Of a stretch of 64,000 bases of DNA, positions 31,187 to 41,708 are shown one piece after another. Position numbers and translations under genes: made by a program. Where the stretch lies: positions 1,674,001 to 1,738,000 of the forward strand of contig CATNEN010000008.1 of NCBI GenBank assembly GCA_950097015.1, written 5' to 3'. Within the stretch, counting starts at the first letter, position 1; each line of letters opens with the position of its first letter. The notes under the pieces were generated by a model. That model saw only the letters and a list, made by a program, of their open reading frames with translations, did not search any database and was not told the DNA's origin. This stretch comes from Macrostomum hystrix (taxonomy: Eukaryota > Animalia > Platyhelminthes).

Positions 31187-33835
31187 ATGGTCTATGGGAC
31201 GTTGGCGACATTTTACCGCGCGGTAAAAACCGCTAACTTTACCGCATAGTAATGTCAACACATTACCCTGCGGTAAAGTTAGCGGTTTTTTCCGCACTGT
31301 TTATAACATCTAAAAAACCGCAGTGTTTAAATAACCTCGATCATTGCAGGCTTTGACTATGCGGTGGAGGACTATGCGGAATTTACCGCACTGTTTAATT
31401 AACCTCATTTCAGGCTTTGACTATGCCGTGAACTATGCGGAATTTACCGCACTGTTTAAATAACCTCATTGCAGGCATTTCAGTCGGGGTAATTAGTCTT
31501 GTTGCATTGTGCACGTCTGTAATGACAAAAAGTTCCACAGCGAAAACTCGTCCAGAGCCAAAACAGTAAGCAAATAGTAACTGCAGGATGCTGACGCAAG
31601 GCGTATTTCGGTACAAAAATTATGAAATTAGTCAACGGACTGAATTGCAAATGACGGAGCGACATTGCAGTCAATGTCTCTTCCTTTAAATCCCCGATTA
31701 AAACTTTAGAGTTATGTGGAATACTTTTTCGAAAGGTACTGTGGTAGTGTAGTTTGATTATTTTATGCTACGTTTTTTATGGTACCTTCGTTTTACTGCA
31801 ATGTTCTTACAAATTCGTTAGTCTCAAATCAGGTGCTTGATTTATTTACCGATTTGTTAATAGGGCTCGCACACGGTACTTACGCCACCTAATCTAGTTT
31901 AGAAGCACCAGTGTAGCGTACATTTACAAAGAGAGTTATTACTTATTATTATTACGTAAATTATATTTAAAAAATTGAATATTGTCATGCAAAGTTAAGT
32001 AACGAAATACTGATTGTAGTAGGCCGGCATATGGATGCTTTTATTATTAAAAAGTCAAATTTGTACCCATGCTCTTTGTTTAAATGCAGTAAATTTTTGA
32101 AGTATGTAGAATAATCAATAATATTCTGTCAAATGAAATCATTCATTTAAAAAAATGTGTGTATAAAGGACTGCAATTCACGTGAGACAAATAAATGCGC
32201 CAGTGTGGCGTAAAGCAAATCACTAATAACTGAGTAAGAATGTGTTTAAGTTTTTGGTTAGTTTTTTTGAGGCTGTGACCTGATCTGATCTACTAAAAAC
32301 GCCCAGCAAGGACTGGAGAGTAAAGACACCAGTGCCTACTTGAATCTGACTTGAATTGCTTAAATTAAGAACAAAATACACAACCAAGTACTTAACTCAA
32401 CTAAAATCTAGGCTTGGTCAGACTCTATTATACTTAAGCAATATATGCTGTCTTATATCTGGTATAGTGTATTTACTGACTACATTATTTAATATAATGT
32501 GTGTTTTCTTAAAAACTATATTATAGAATTTCCCTACATCTTTTATACCGGTTCTCCTTTTTAGCACTAGCATATTTTCAGAAACAGGTACAAAATATTA
32601 TTTGGTCTTGACACGGCCATAGCACCGATATTGACGATTGCTGATATTAGAACATCCCATTTTTCAACAGGGACCAGCGCACGGCAATATCCGACATATT
32701 CTAGCGCAATGCACCGACGTGTCTCTAGCCGCAACCCAGCCGCATCACTTTTTTAAATCACTTGTACCACTTGCAAAATCCGTCTTTTCTAATAGATTTT
32801 GACAAGATTTAATTGTACCACACGTCAAATCATCTTCATATTGCTATTCATGTCACTTTTGAAGCCTTCAAATATATTTCCGGATTTAAAAAAATCGGTG
32901 CGGCTGGCATTGGGCTGATCACTAGCGTCCTTGCTTTTGACTAGATTCCTGTACCGTTTTTTAATTTATAAAATTTCAGCAAAATGTGCATATTTTGAGC
33001 TGAAAAGTTGATCTGAACAAGCTTTAATAAGTAAGAAATCATCGTCTGAAGTTTTAATGAAGTCATTCCCGGTAGCAAATGGTCTTCTCTCTCCAAAAAT
33101 AGAATACATACGCTCGTACAGCCTGTACCACATTTGTACCACCTCAAGCACATATTTTTATACAACTCTGTGCAAAATTAAGCATTTTGATCAAATGGTT
33201 CGAAAGTTCTAGACAAAACCCTTCGTTCACATTTTTTCGCGTGTGCTTTCTGAATTTGACCCGGAATTTTGTGATACTGAGAATAAGACGAATCGGACTT
33301 ACTTCTTGTATGACGTATGTTATTTTGGGTTTTGCAAAATTCCGATGGTAAATATATATCTTGCAGCATCCGATTATTCTAAAGGCACCACTACTAAAAT
33401 ATTGTTTTAATTCAATCAGCTAAAGCTTCGTTGTATAATTTTAAGTTGGTCACGCACTTCAAATTTTCTTTTTGTCAAGCTGTTATTTGCACGTGACCTA
33501 ATATTATTCTCTGAGAAGCGGTACATTGTAGATCATTCTGCTATGAATCTGTTGTTACGGCTTCATGCAAGGCCGCTGAAAGTGATAATTATGTAAATTA
33601 GTATACTTAATTAGTAATAAGAAATAAATAAATAATAAAAATTAAAATAAATTATTAACATTAACTTCCTTTAATTAAATAATTTAATTAAATAATTTCA
33701 TATATTATTTTTATTTAATAACTTACTAACTTGACTAGTGTAATGGTCATTGTCTCAGCTATCCAGCTAAGAATAAACTTAGTCAAACGGTCTAAGCTCC
33801 AAGCAGTTGGTTAGTTATTTTTATTATTTGACACT

Positions 33836-34072
33836 CAGCGGCTCACACTCACTTTGACCGTCAACGGCAGCAAGATGGAGGTACTACACCTGGGATTTGA
33901 GGACCCACCGCCCCTGGCCCTGCCCAACGGTGAGGTCATCGCGGCGTGCAGCGACTTCCGCTACTTGGGTGTCCCGGTGATGAGCCCGGATGTGATCATC
34001 GCGGACAAGAAGACCCAGGCCTGGCGCGCCGTTCAAAAACTTAAGCCAGTCTACACCTCTGGAGCGCGAGAC
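33836..34072 (+). pseudogene. RTE-type LINE reverse-transcriptase thumb fragment
   Basis: LTVNGSKMEVLHL...DFRYLG...QAWRAVQKLKPVY resembles the IN..KTE / FKYLG / AW.A..KL motifs of RTE-type RTs. Confidence 0.65.
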
Positions 34073-34141
34073 CGCATAGTCAAAGCCTGAAATGAGGTTA
34101 TTTAAACAGTGGGGAAAAAACCGCATAGTTCACGGCATAGT

Positions 34142-34805
34142 TGTGACGATTAAAACACAAAGGACGAAGTCGCAGTCAGAGCAGCGGCAATTGTAAGTTC
34201 GGCAATTCAGAGTCAGTAATGTCTGTGATGTAGCGGTAGCACTTTTATTCTGGGTGCACTGGGACGTCGACAAGCAGGGCGTTATGTAAGGCGTAGGAGC
34301 TCGTTAATGGTGATTGTTGGACACGAACAGAACCGAATGTAGTGGAGTGTAGTGAGAGAATGGCACAGCACGAAAACGTAGAAGGGCGAGAGTGAGAAGG
34401 TAAGGCGCGAGCGGAAAGGAAAGGAACGGAAAGAATGGCTAGAACAGAAAGAATGGCTAGAACCGTGAGGCGCGAGCGGGCCTGAAGCCCTTGATTAAGT
34501 AAACCAGGCTAACTGAAAAACATAGCGATCGATACTTCCGACCAGTCAGAGCTCGCACGCTCATTGGCCGGGGGGGAAATACATTAAGATACGCGTAGGA
34601 AATAGCTAGAATGGCGCGATATGCGTTTATGGTTACTAACAGTAGCGCCCTAATAATTTGAGTTAATAATATAAATTAACAGAATTGGATGATATTATAC
34701 GATGAGTTAAAACGGCCCAAGCTAGTACATAATTAGGAAATTAAGCATGTAATCAACGCATAGAGTAATATTGCAGGGGCGCCTTCAACAAGTGACAACG
34801 TCACA
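34142..34805 (-). mobile_element. solo LTR (Gypsy-like), 664 bp
   Basis: TGTGACG...CGTCACA termini, a 4-bp TSD TAGT (34138-34141 and 34806-34809), and AATAAA on the minus strand. It sits inside a 61-bp repeat unit. Confidence 0.8.
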
Positions 34806-36068
34806 TAGTCAAAGCCTGAAATGAGGTTATTTAAACAGTGCGGTAAATTCCGCATAGTCCTCCACCGCATAGTCAAAGCCTGCAATGATCGAGGTTATTT
34901 AAACACTGCGGTTTTTTAGATGTTATAAACAGTGCGGAAAAAACCGCATAGTTCACCGCATAGTCAAAGCCTGAAATGAGGTTATTTAAACAGTGCGGAA
35001 AAAACCGCATAGTTCACGGCATAGTCAAAGCCTGAAATGAGGTTATTTAAACAGTGCGGAAAAAACCGCATAGTTCACGGCATAGTCAAAGCCTGAAATG
35101 AGGTTATTTAAACAGTGCGGAAAAAACCGCATAGTCCACCGCATAGTCAAAGCCTGAAATGAGGTTATTTAAACAGTGCGGTAAATTCCGCATAGTCCAC
35201 CGCATAGTCAAAGCCTGAAATGAGGTTATTTAAACAGTGCGGTAAATTCCGCATAGTCCACCGCATAGTCAAAGCCTGAAATGAGGTTATTTAAACAGTG
35301 CGGTAAATTCCGCATAGTCCACCGCATAGTCAAAGCCTGAAATGAGGTTATTTAAACAGTGCGGTAAATTCCGCATAGTTCACCGCGTAGTCAAAGCCTG
35401 CAATGAGGTTATTTAAACAGTGCGGAAAAAACCGCATAGTCCACCGCATAGTCAAAGCCTGAAATGAGGTTATTTAAACAGTGCGGTAAATTCCGCATAG
35501 TCCACCGCATAGTCAAAGCCTGAAATGAGGTTATTTAAACAGTGCGGTAAATTCCGCATAGTTCACCGCGTAGTCAAAGCCTGAAATGAGGTTATTTAAA
35601 CAGTGCGGTAAATTCCGCATAGTTCACCGCATAGTCAAAGCCTGCAATGATCGAGGTTATTTAAACACTGCGGTTTTTTAGATGTTATAAACAGTGCGGA
35701 AAAAACCGCTAACTTTACCGCAGGGTAATGTGTTGACATTACTATGCGGTAAAGTTAGCGGTTTTTACCGCGCGGTAAAATGTCGCCAACGTGTCAATGG
35801 GCAATATAAATAACTGTAAATAAATAAAACAACTATAACTAAATTATATGACTATATTTTATGATATAAAATTATAAATGAAAGCAATAATAAAAGCATA
35901 ATTTCCATATAAATAATTATGACTAAGAAATGTAAAGTGAAATATAATGATAAGGCAAAATAATAACGATATACATAAGCGCAAAGCGGGGTCAAGGGGG
36001 CGCTGAGCCCCCTTGTGGCGGGGTGGGGGCAAAGCCCCCACATGACGATAAGGTAAGGTAATCCTCTT

Positions 36069-36450
36069 CAGCAGGAGCAGCCCCAGCAGCAGCAGGAGCA
36101 GCCCCAGCAGCAGCAGGAGCAGCCCCAGCAGCAGCAGCAGGAGCAGCCACAGCATCAGATAAGGCCAAAGCAGCCCTGCGTCATGCAGTAGGGGCAAAAT
36201 TGAAATTTTTTAACAGAATAAGGGAATAGCTGATGGGGAATAAGGTAGTAGCTGATTGGGAATAAGGTAGTAGCTGATTGGGAATAAGGTAGTAGCTGAT
36301 TGGGAATAATGTAGTAGCTGATTGGGAATAAGGGAGTAGCTGATTGGGAATAAGGGAATAGCTGATTGGGTTTAAGGGAATAGCTAATAGGGAATTTAGG
36401 AATAAGGGAATTGCTGATGGGGAATTTGGGAATAAGGGAATTGCTATGGA
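36069..36450 (+). repeat. (AGC/CAG)-rich low-complexity tract followed by ~22-bp tandem repeats
   Basis: CAGGAGCAGCCCCAGCAGCAG x3, then GGGAATAAGGTAGTAGCTGATT repeats. Confidence 0.75.
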
Positions 36451-36643
36451 TATTATTTTGGCGCAGGCCTGTGTTTGGCAATCCATGTGCCTCTGGATTT
36501 AAAAATAAGGTAATAATTTTGCCAACAGTATACTCTGTGCAGTTTATGCAAATGCAGACTGTGGGTATGCAGTTGTCGAAATTTACCATTAAGCATCAAC
36601 CAACAGCATGTGGATTCCTATTATAGTTTGTGTAGTGTAGGGA

Positions 36644-39600
36644 TGTAGTGTGCGTACGCACGTGAGCCAGGCCCAGGTGTACACCTGGGTCGTTTGATTG
36701 GTTGCGGAGCGGGGTGGGTGTCGCCACCCCAGTTCTAGCAAATAATATATGGACGCGCGCTCAGCGTGGCAGTAAAGATTGAGAGTTTTGTCTGCTCACT
36801 AAAAATAGCCTCGGCCTTAGTTATTACAATGGCATCGCAAGCACCGAACCCCTAGTGCACCATGACTGAGCAAATTTCTCTCGCGCCTCCCGGCCAGTTT
36901 GTTATCGATAGCGATTGCCACTCAACTGCACAGCGCTGGACTGCATGGGCTCGCCGGTTCGCCACATACATTAACGCAGCTGGGATCCATGACGCAAAGC
37001 GAGGGCAGCACCTGCTGTTGTACGCCGCGGGAGAGGAGCTGCAGACCATCGTCGAAGAGAATGAAATTGACGCTGGGGAAGACTACAGCAGCCTCGCAAA
37101 GAATATCCAGGAATTCTGGGACGGCAAGAACAGCATCGTGTTCCTCCGCTTCAAGTTCGAGACCTGCAGACAACAGCAAGGCGAGACAATCGACCAGTGG
37201 TACCAGCGCCTGCGCAAGGCGGGGGAGCCGTGCGAGTTTGGAGCGATCAAGGACTCGCTGATCCGAGACAAAATCGTCGCCTACTGTGACTCCGAGAGGC
37301 TGAGGAGAGACTTCCTACAGAGCAAAGACATCTCCCTGACAGATGTGCTGAGGAAGGCGAGAGCCAAAGAAGCGGCGGAGCAGCAGGCCAGCGCGATGGA
37401 GAACGGCAGGCCAGGTGAGCCGCAGCAGCAACTCGCAGCCATCCGGAGAGCCGAGCAGCCACCAGGGCCGCAGGTGCGCTGCAATCGGTGCGGCAGGCCA
37501 GGGCACTCCACGTGCGCCGCGGCGCAAGGCAAGAGCTGCAGAAAGTGCGGAAAGCCAGGCCACTTCGCCCGAGCTTGCAGGTCCAGGCAGGAGGCGCCCC
37601 AAAGCAATTCGAATGCTGTCGCGATGCTGCAAGGTGAGACCAGCTACGAGAGGGTGGACGACCCGGACACCGGCATATTCAAGGTCGACCAGGAGGAGCA
37701 ATCCGCCCACACAGTAGCTGAGATCAACGGCACCAGACTGTCAGTGCTGATCGACAGCGGGGCGGCTCGCAATGTGATCAACCGCGCAACGTTTGAGAGC
37801 CTTAAACAGCGGCCGCGTCTGCAAGCAGCCTCTGACAGGTTGTTCGCGTACGGCTCGGACCGGCCGATGCAACTCATCGGCAAGGCGGCGATGTCCATCC
37901 GCTTATTCGGCCGACGGGCGGTCGCCACATTTCACGTTGTCGAAGGCAGAGGCATCACCATCATCGGCAGGCAGACGGCCACTCAAATGGAAATCCTGCG
38001 GATCGGACCACCACCGACGGTCGATCATCAGGTGCTGCAGGTCGCCGAAGCGGAGGCGGCTGTCGACAGCCTCCTCGGCAACACGAGATCCAGTGGAATG
38101 CCCCAAGATGCCCTTGGCAGGATACTGCGCAAGTACTCCAGCGTGCTCAGCGGCATCGGCTGCTTCACCGGGCCGCCAGTCAGCATCCACCTGACCGACA
38201 ACGCCCGACCGGTTTGTCACGCACCGTCTAAGGTACCGATTCACCTGGCCGAGGCAGTGGACAAGGAGCTGCAGCTACTGGAGCAGCTCGGAATCATCGA
38301 GCCCGTCGACGGACCAGTTCCGTGGGTCGCGCGGATGGTCGTTGTGCCCAAGAAGGAGCCAGGCGAAGTGCGGATCACACAGGACCTCCGCGATGTCAAT
38401 CGCTATGTCATCCGCGAGCGTCACCAGATTCCGACTTTTGAAGAGGTGACGGGAGACATGGCCGGCAGCACCGTCTTCTCGGAACTGGACATCGCGAAGG
38501 CGTTCTACCAGGTGCCTGTAGCAGAAGAATGCCGCAATCTGCTGACATTCTCGACACCCCGAGGACTTCGGCGTCTCACTCGGCTGTGCATGGGCCTGTC
38601 CACCTCACAGGAGATCCTACAGAGCGTGATGTGCAGAGTGCTGGCAGGTCTGCCCAACGTAAAATGGATCCACGACGACGTGGTCGTGTTCGGCCGCACG
38701 ATGGCGGAGCACAACAGCAGCCTCGAGGCCTGCCTGGCCCGCCTGGCGCTACACGGCATCACGCTAAATGCTCGAAAATGCAGGTTGGCACGCAGCAGCA
38801 TTGAGTTTATGGGAATGCGACTGACGGCCGAAGGAGTCCAAGCCACAGAAAGCAAGGTCGCCGCCGTTCAAGAATTCAAGGAGCCAGAGACGATAAGCCA
38901 ACTTCGATCGTTCTTGGGCCTCGTGAATTATCTCGCAGTATTCACGCCACAGCTGGCCAAGGTGGCGGAGCCGCTGCGACGCCTGACCCGGAAGAACACC
39001 GACTGGCAGTGGGGCGCCGACCAGGCCAGCGCCTTTGCGCAGCTAAAGCGCAGCATTGCGGAGCCGACAACGCTGGCATTCTACGACAAGCGGCTACGGA
39101 CACAGCTGATTGTGGACGCGGGACCAACCGGACTCGGCGCAATCCTGGCGCAAGTACAGCACGACGGCAGTTCGCGGCCAGTCGCATACGCGAGCCGGAC
39201 CCTCTCCGACGTAGAGCGGCGATATTCGCAGACCGAAAAAGAGGCGCTCGCCGTGAAGTTCGGCTGCCTGAAGTTTGAGTACTACTTGTATGGATCGCCC
39301 GAATTCACGGTGATCTCTGACCACAAGCCGCTGACAGCCATGTATGCGCCAGGGTCACGGCCGCCTCCACGAGTCGAGCGTATGGCGCTGCGTATCCAGC
39401 ACCTGGTATTCAAGGTCGAATACCAGCCAGGAGCGTCCAATGCTGCAGACATACTCAGCAGGCAGCCTCTAAGCGCTGAAGGACGTAGGACCAGCGAGCA
39501 GCTGAGAGAGGCCTACATAAACGAGGTAGCGCAGGCGGCTGTCCCGAAGGCGCTCACGCTCGAAGACATCCGCAAGAGCTCAGCCAGCGACCCAGTTATC

Positions 39601-41246
39601 CGGGCAGCGATAGCAGCGATGCAAGGCGGCCAATGGGACCGCTCTAGCGCTGAGATGCGGTCACTCCACGCGCTGCGAGAGGAGCTGTCGGCGGTAGACG
39701 GAGTTCTTCTTCGGCATCAGCGGATTGTCGTGCCAGCAGCTCTACGGCAGCAGATGCTCGAGCTGGCGCACCAAGGACACCAGTGCTCGCAGAAGACGAC
39801 CGCAAGGCTCAGCAGCAAGGTCTGGTGGCCGAGAATGGCAACACAAGCGGAGGAGTTCGTCAGTCGGTGCCGCAGCTGTGCCATCACGTCTCACACGCCA
39901 GCCGTCCGGGCTACGCCTCTACAGCCGACGCCTATCCCTAAGGGCGCCTGGTTGTCGATTGGGGCTGACTTTGTAGGCCCGATCAACAACAACATGCTGC
40001 TGGTGTGCGTGGACAGATACTCGAGATTCCCAGAGGTGCAGCTCATGCAGACAACGACGGCCGAGGCACTGGTCCCGCGCCTGCGAGAAATGTTCGCGCG
40101 ATTTGGCATCCCGCAGGAGCTCGTAACTGACAACGGGCCGCCATTTTCATCCAAGGAGTTTGGCCGTTTCCTAGAAAGCTACGGCATCAAGCACCGCCTC
40201 ATCACGCCTTACTACCCAGCCGCCAACGGCATGACAGAGCGGCTGAACCGCTCAATCAACAAGGTCGTGCGGGCGGCAATCGAGGAGCGGCGCGACTGGA
40301 GGGCTGCTCTGGACGAGTGGCTGCTGGCCTACAGGAACACGCCGCACACAGCCACGGGCCGCGCGCCAGCCGAGCTGCTGATGGGCCGGCGACCAAATGA
40401 TGTCATCCCCGCCGCCCGGCCATCCCAGCGCGTCCGCATCAACGAGCAGCGGCTGCGAGAGATGGATGCGAGCGCCAAGGCCGCGATGAAGCAGCGAGCG
40501 GACGCCAGAAGGCGGCCACGGCGGCACGAAATCCAGGTCGGCGATTCGGTGCTGCGACGGCGAGTCGGTGCCAGCAAGACGCAAACGCCATTCGAGAGCG
40601 GCGCCTGGACAGTCCAGCGGGTGGCCGGCAACTCGCTGATGCTGCGTCGTGACGGCGCGGCCTGCTGGCGGCATTGCACGGCGGTCAAGGTCGTCACCCC
40701 AGAATCAGACGACGCTGGTGCCAGGTCGCAGGCTGCCGCGCCAGAAACTCCAGGCGAGGCGGCGCGGAACCCGGCCGAATCCCCGGTGGCGCTGCGCCCG
40801 CACCCCCGCGCTGCACGGGGTGGCGTGAAGATCTACAAGGACTAAACCAAGGACTGAAAACGAACTGACTTTTCTACTGACATTAACAATCACATGCACG
40901 CTTTTCTTTGCAAGTCTGCGACTATCAATTCGAGTGTTTTATTTCCTCCAATAGCTGCATATTTTTTTTCGGTCGAGTTTATTTTCGTTCTTTTCGACAT
41001 CTTGCTTCTCGAATTCGTTCTTTTTTTGTCTCCCCACAGTTTCTGTTCGAAGGGGGAGAGATGTAGTGTGCGTACGCACGTGAGCCAGGCCCAGGTGTAC
41101 ACCTGGGTCGTTTGATTGGTTGCGGAGCGGGGTGGGTGTCGCCACCCCAGTTCTAGCAAATAATATATGGACGCGCGCTCAGCGTGGCAGTAAAGATTGA
41201 GAGTTTTGTCTGCTCACTAAAAATAGCCTCGGCCTTAGTTATTACA
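36644..41246 (+). mobile_element. intact Ty3/Gypsy LTR retrotransposon (Mag-like), very young
   Basis: Two 185-bp LTRs (36644-36828 and 41062-41246), identical by eye, with TG...CA ends. PBS-like TGGCATC, PPT AGGGGGAGAGA, and 5-bp TSD GTTTG (36626-36630 and 41247-41251). Confidence 0.97.
36862..40845 (+). CDS. gag-pol polyprotein (gag with CCHC knuckles, protease, RT, RNase H, integrase)
   Basis: CRKCGKPGHFARAC, LIDSGA, WIHDDVVV, VDAGPTG/EKEALA/SDHKPL, HQGH..C..C, ADF/TDNG/TERLN. One 1327-aa ORF. Confidence 0.97.
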   Translation: MTEQISLAPPGQFVIDSDCHSTAQRWTAWARRFATYINAAGIHDAKRGQHLLLYAAGEELQTIVEENEIDAGEDYSSLAKNIQEFWDGKNSIVFLRFKFETCRQQQGETIDQWYQRLRKAGEPCEFGAIKDSLIRDKIVAYCDSERLRRDFLQSKDISLTDVLRKARAKEAAEQQASAMENGRPGEPQQQLAAIRRAEQPPGPQVRCNRCGRPGHSTCAAAQGKSCRKCGKPGHFARACRSRQEAPQSNSNAVAMLQGETSYERVDDPDTGIFKVDQEEQSAHTVAEINGTRLSVLIDSGAARNVINRATFESLKQRPRLQAASDRLFAYGSDRPMQLIGKAAMSIRLFGRRAVATFHVVEGRGITIIGRQTATQMEILRIGPPPTVDHQVLQVAEAEAAVDSLLGNTRSSGMPQDALGRILRKYSSVLSGIGCFTGPPVSIHLTDNARPVCHAPSKVPIHLAEAVDKELQLLEQLGIIEPVDGPVPWVARMVVVPKKEPGEVRITQDLRDVNRYVIRERHQIPTFEEVTGDMAGSTVFSELDIAKAFYQVPVAEECRNLLTFSTPRGLRRLTRLCMGLSTSQEILQSVMCRVLAGLPNVKWIHDDVVVFGRTMAEHNSSLEACLARLALHGITLNARKCRLARSSIEFMGMRLTAEGVQATESKVAAVQEFKEPETISQLRSFLGLVNYLAVFTPQLAKVAEPLRRLTRKNTDWQWGADQASAFAQLKRSIAEPTTLAFYDKRLRTQLIVDAGPTGLGAILAQVQHDGSSRPVAYASRTLSDVERRYSQTEKEALAVKFGCLKFEYYLYGSPEFTVISDHKPLTAMYAPGSRPPPRVERMALRIQHLVFKVEYQPGASNAADILSRQPLSAEGRRTSEQLREAYINEVAQAAVPKALTLEDIRKSSASDPVIRAAIAAMQGGQWDRSSAEMRSLHALREELSAVDGVLLRHQRIVVPAALRQQMLELAHQGHQCSQKTTARLSSKVWWPRMATQAEEFVSRCRSCAITSHTPAVRATPLQPTPIPKGAWLSIGADFVGPINNNMLLVCVDRYSRFPEVQLMQTTTAEALVPRLREMFARFGIPQELVTDNGPPFSSKEFGRFLESYGIKHRLITPYYPAANGMTERLNRSINKVVRAAIEERRDWRAALDEWLLAYRNTPHTATGRAPAELLMGRRPNDVIPAARPSQRVRINEQRLREMDASAKAAMKQRADARRRPRRHEIQVGDSVLRRRVGASKTQTPFESGAWTVQRVAGNSLMLRRDGAACWRHCTAVKVVTPESDDAGARSQAAAPETPGEAARNPAESPVALRPHPRAARGGVKIYKD

Positions 41247-41708
41247 GTTTGCATTTTCCCTCAATCTACTTTCAATTTATGAGTCATTAGCTGTGCTGTT
41301 AATGGCTTATTTAAACTTTTCAGGCAAGAAATTTTGGGCAAAATACTCTGCTCTCTCATCTCAATGAAGATCACATCTTCATTACTAGCCTAGTTGTTAA
41401 CAACAGAATTACGCTATATTTTATGTGTTTTTTGTTAGGAAAAAGCATATAAAACAATACAGTTAAACTGATTTAAAACGCGAACAGACAAGTTGCATAA
41501 CAAAGCGCACATGCATTCCTTTAAGTGCTTTACTAGTTAAATCTAGTTAAAACTACATGGCCAGAAATTATCAAGCACTTTATCAAGTGCTGATTTAAAC
41601 GTTAAAATGCAAGCTGTGATATAATACAATTTGAAATATGTACTTAATCTCGTATAAATTATAAAGGTTAATTTAGCATTAATCTTCCTTCCCTCTCCAA
41701 AATTCTCT

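Larger units (their letters stand above)
31199..35792. mobile_element. foldback/MULE-like element with long structured TIRs and 9-bp TSD, no recognisable transposase
   Basis: Termini ACGTTGGCGACATTTTACCGCGCGG... and ...CCGCGCGGTAAAATGTCGCCAACGT. TSD GTCTATGGG/GTCAATGGG (one mismatch). The arms contain 61-62-bp tandem repeats: 2-3 on the left, about 13 on the right. Confidence 0.85.

Noticed and set aside
32560-33370. Transposase exons inside the foldback element
   Set aside because: The short ORFs show no DDE, FLYWCH or SWIM motifs that I can recognise.
36069-36188. Poly-Q or Ser/Arg exon
   Set aside because: It is open in two low-complexity readings with no supported splice partner, so it is kept only as a repeat.
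36829-36845. Assignment of the priming tRNA for the Gypsy PBS (TGGCATCGC)
   Set aside because: It cannot be matched without the organism's tRNA set.
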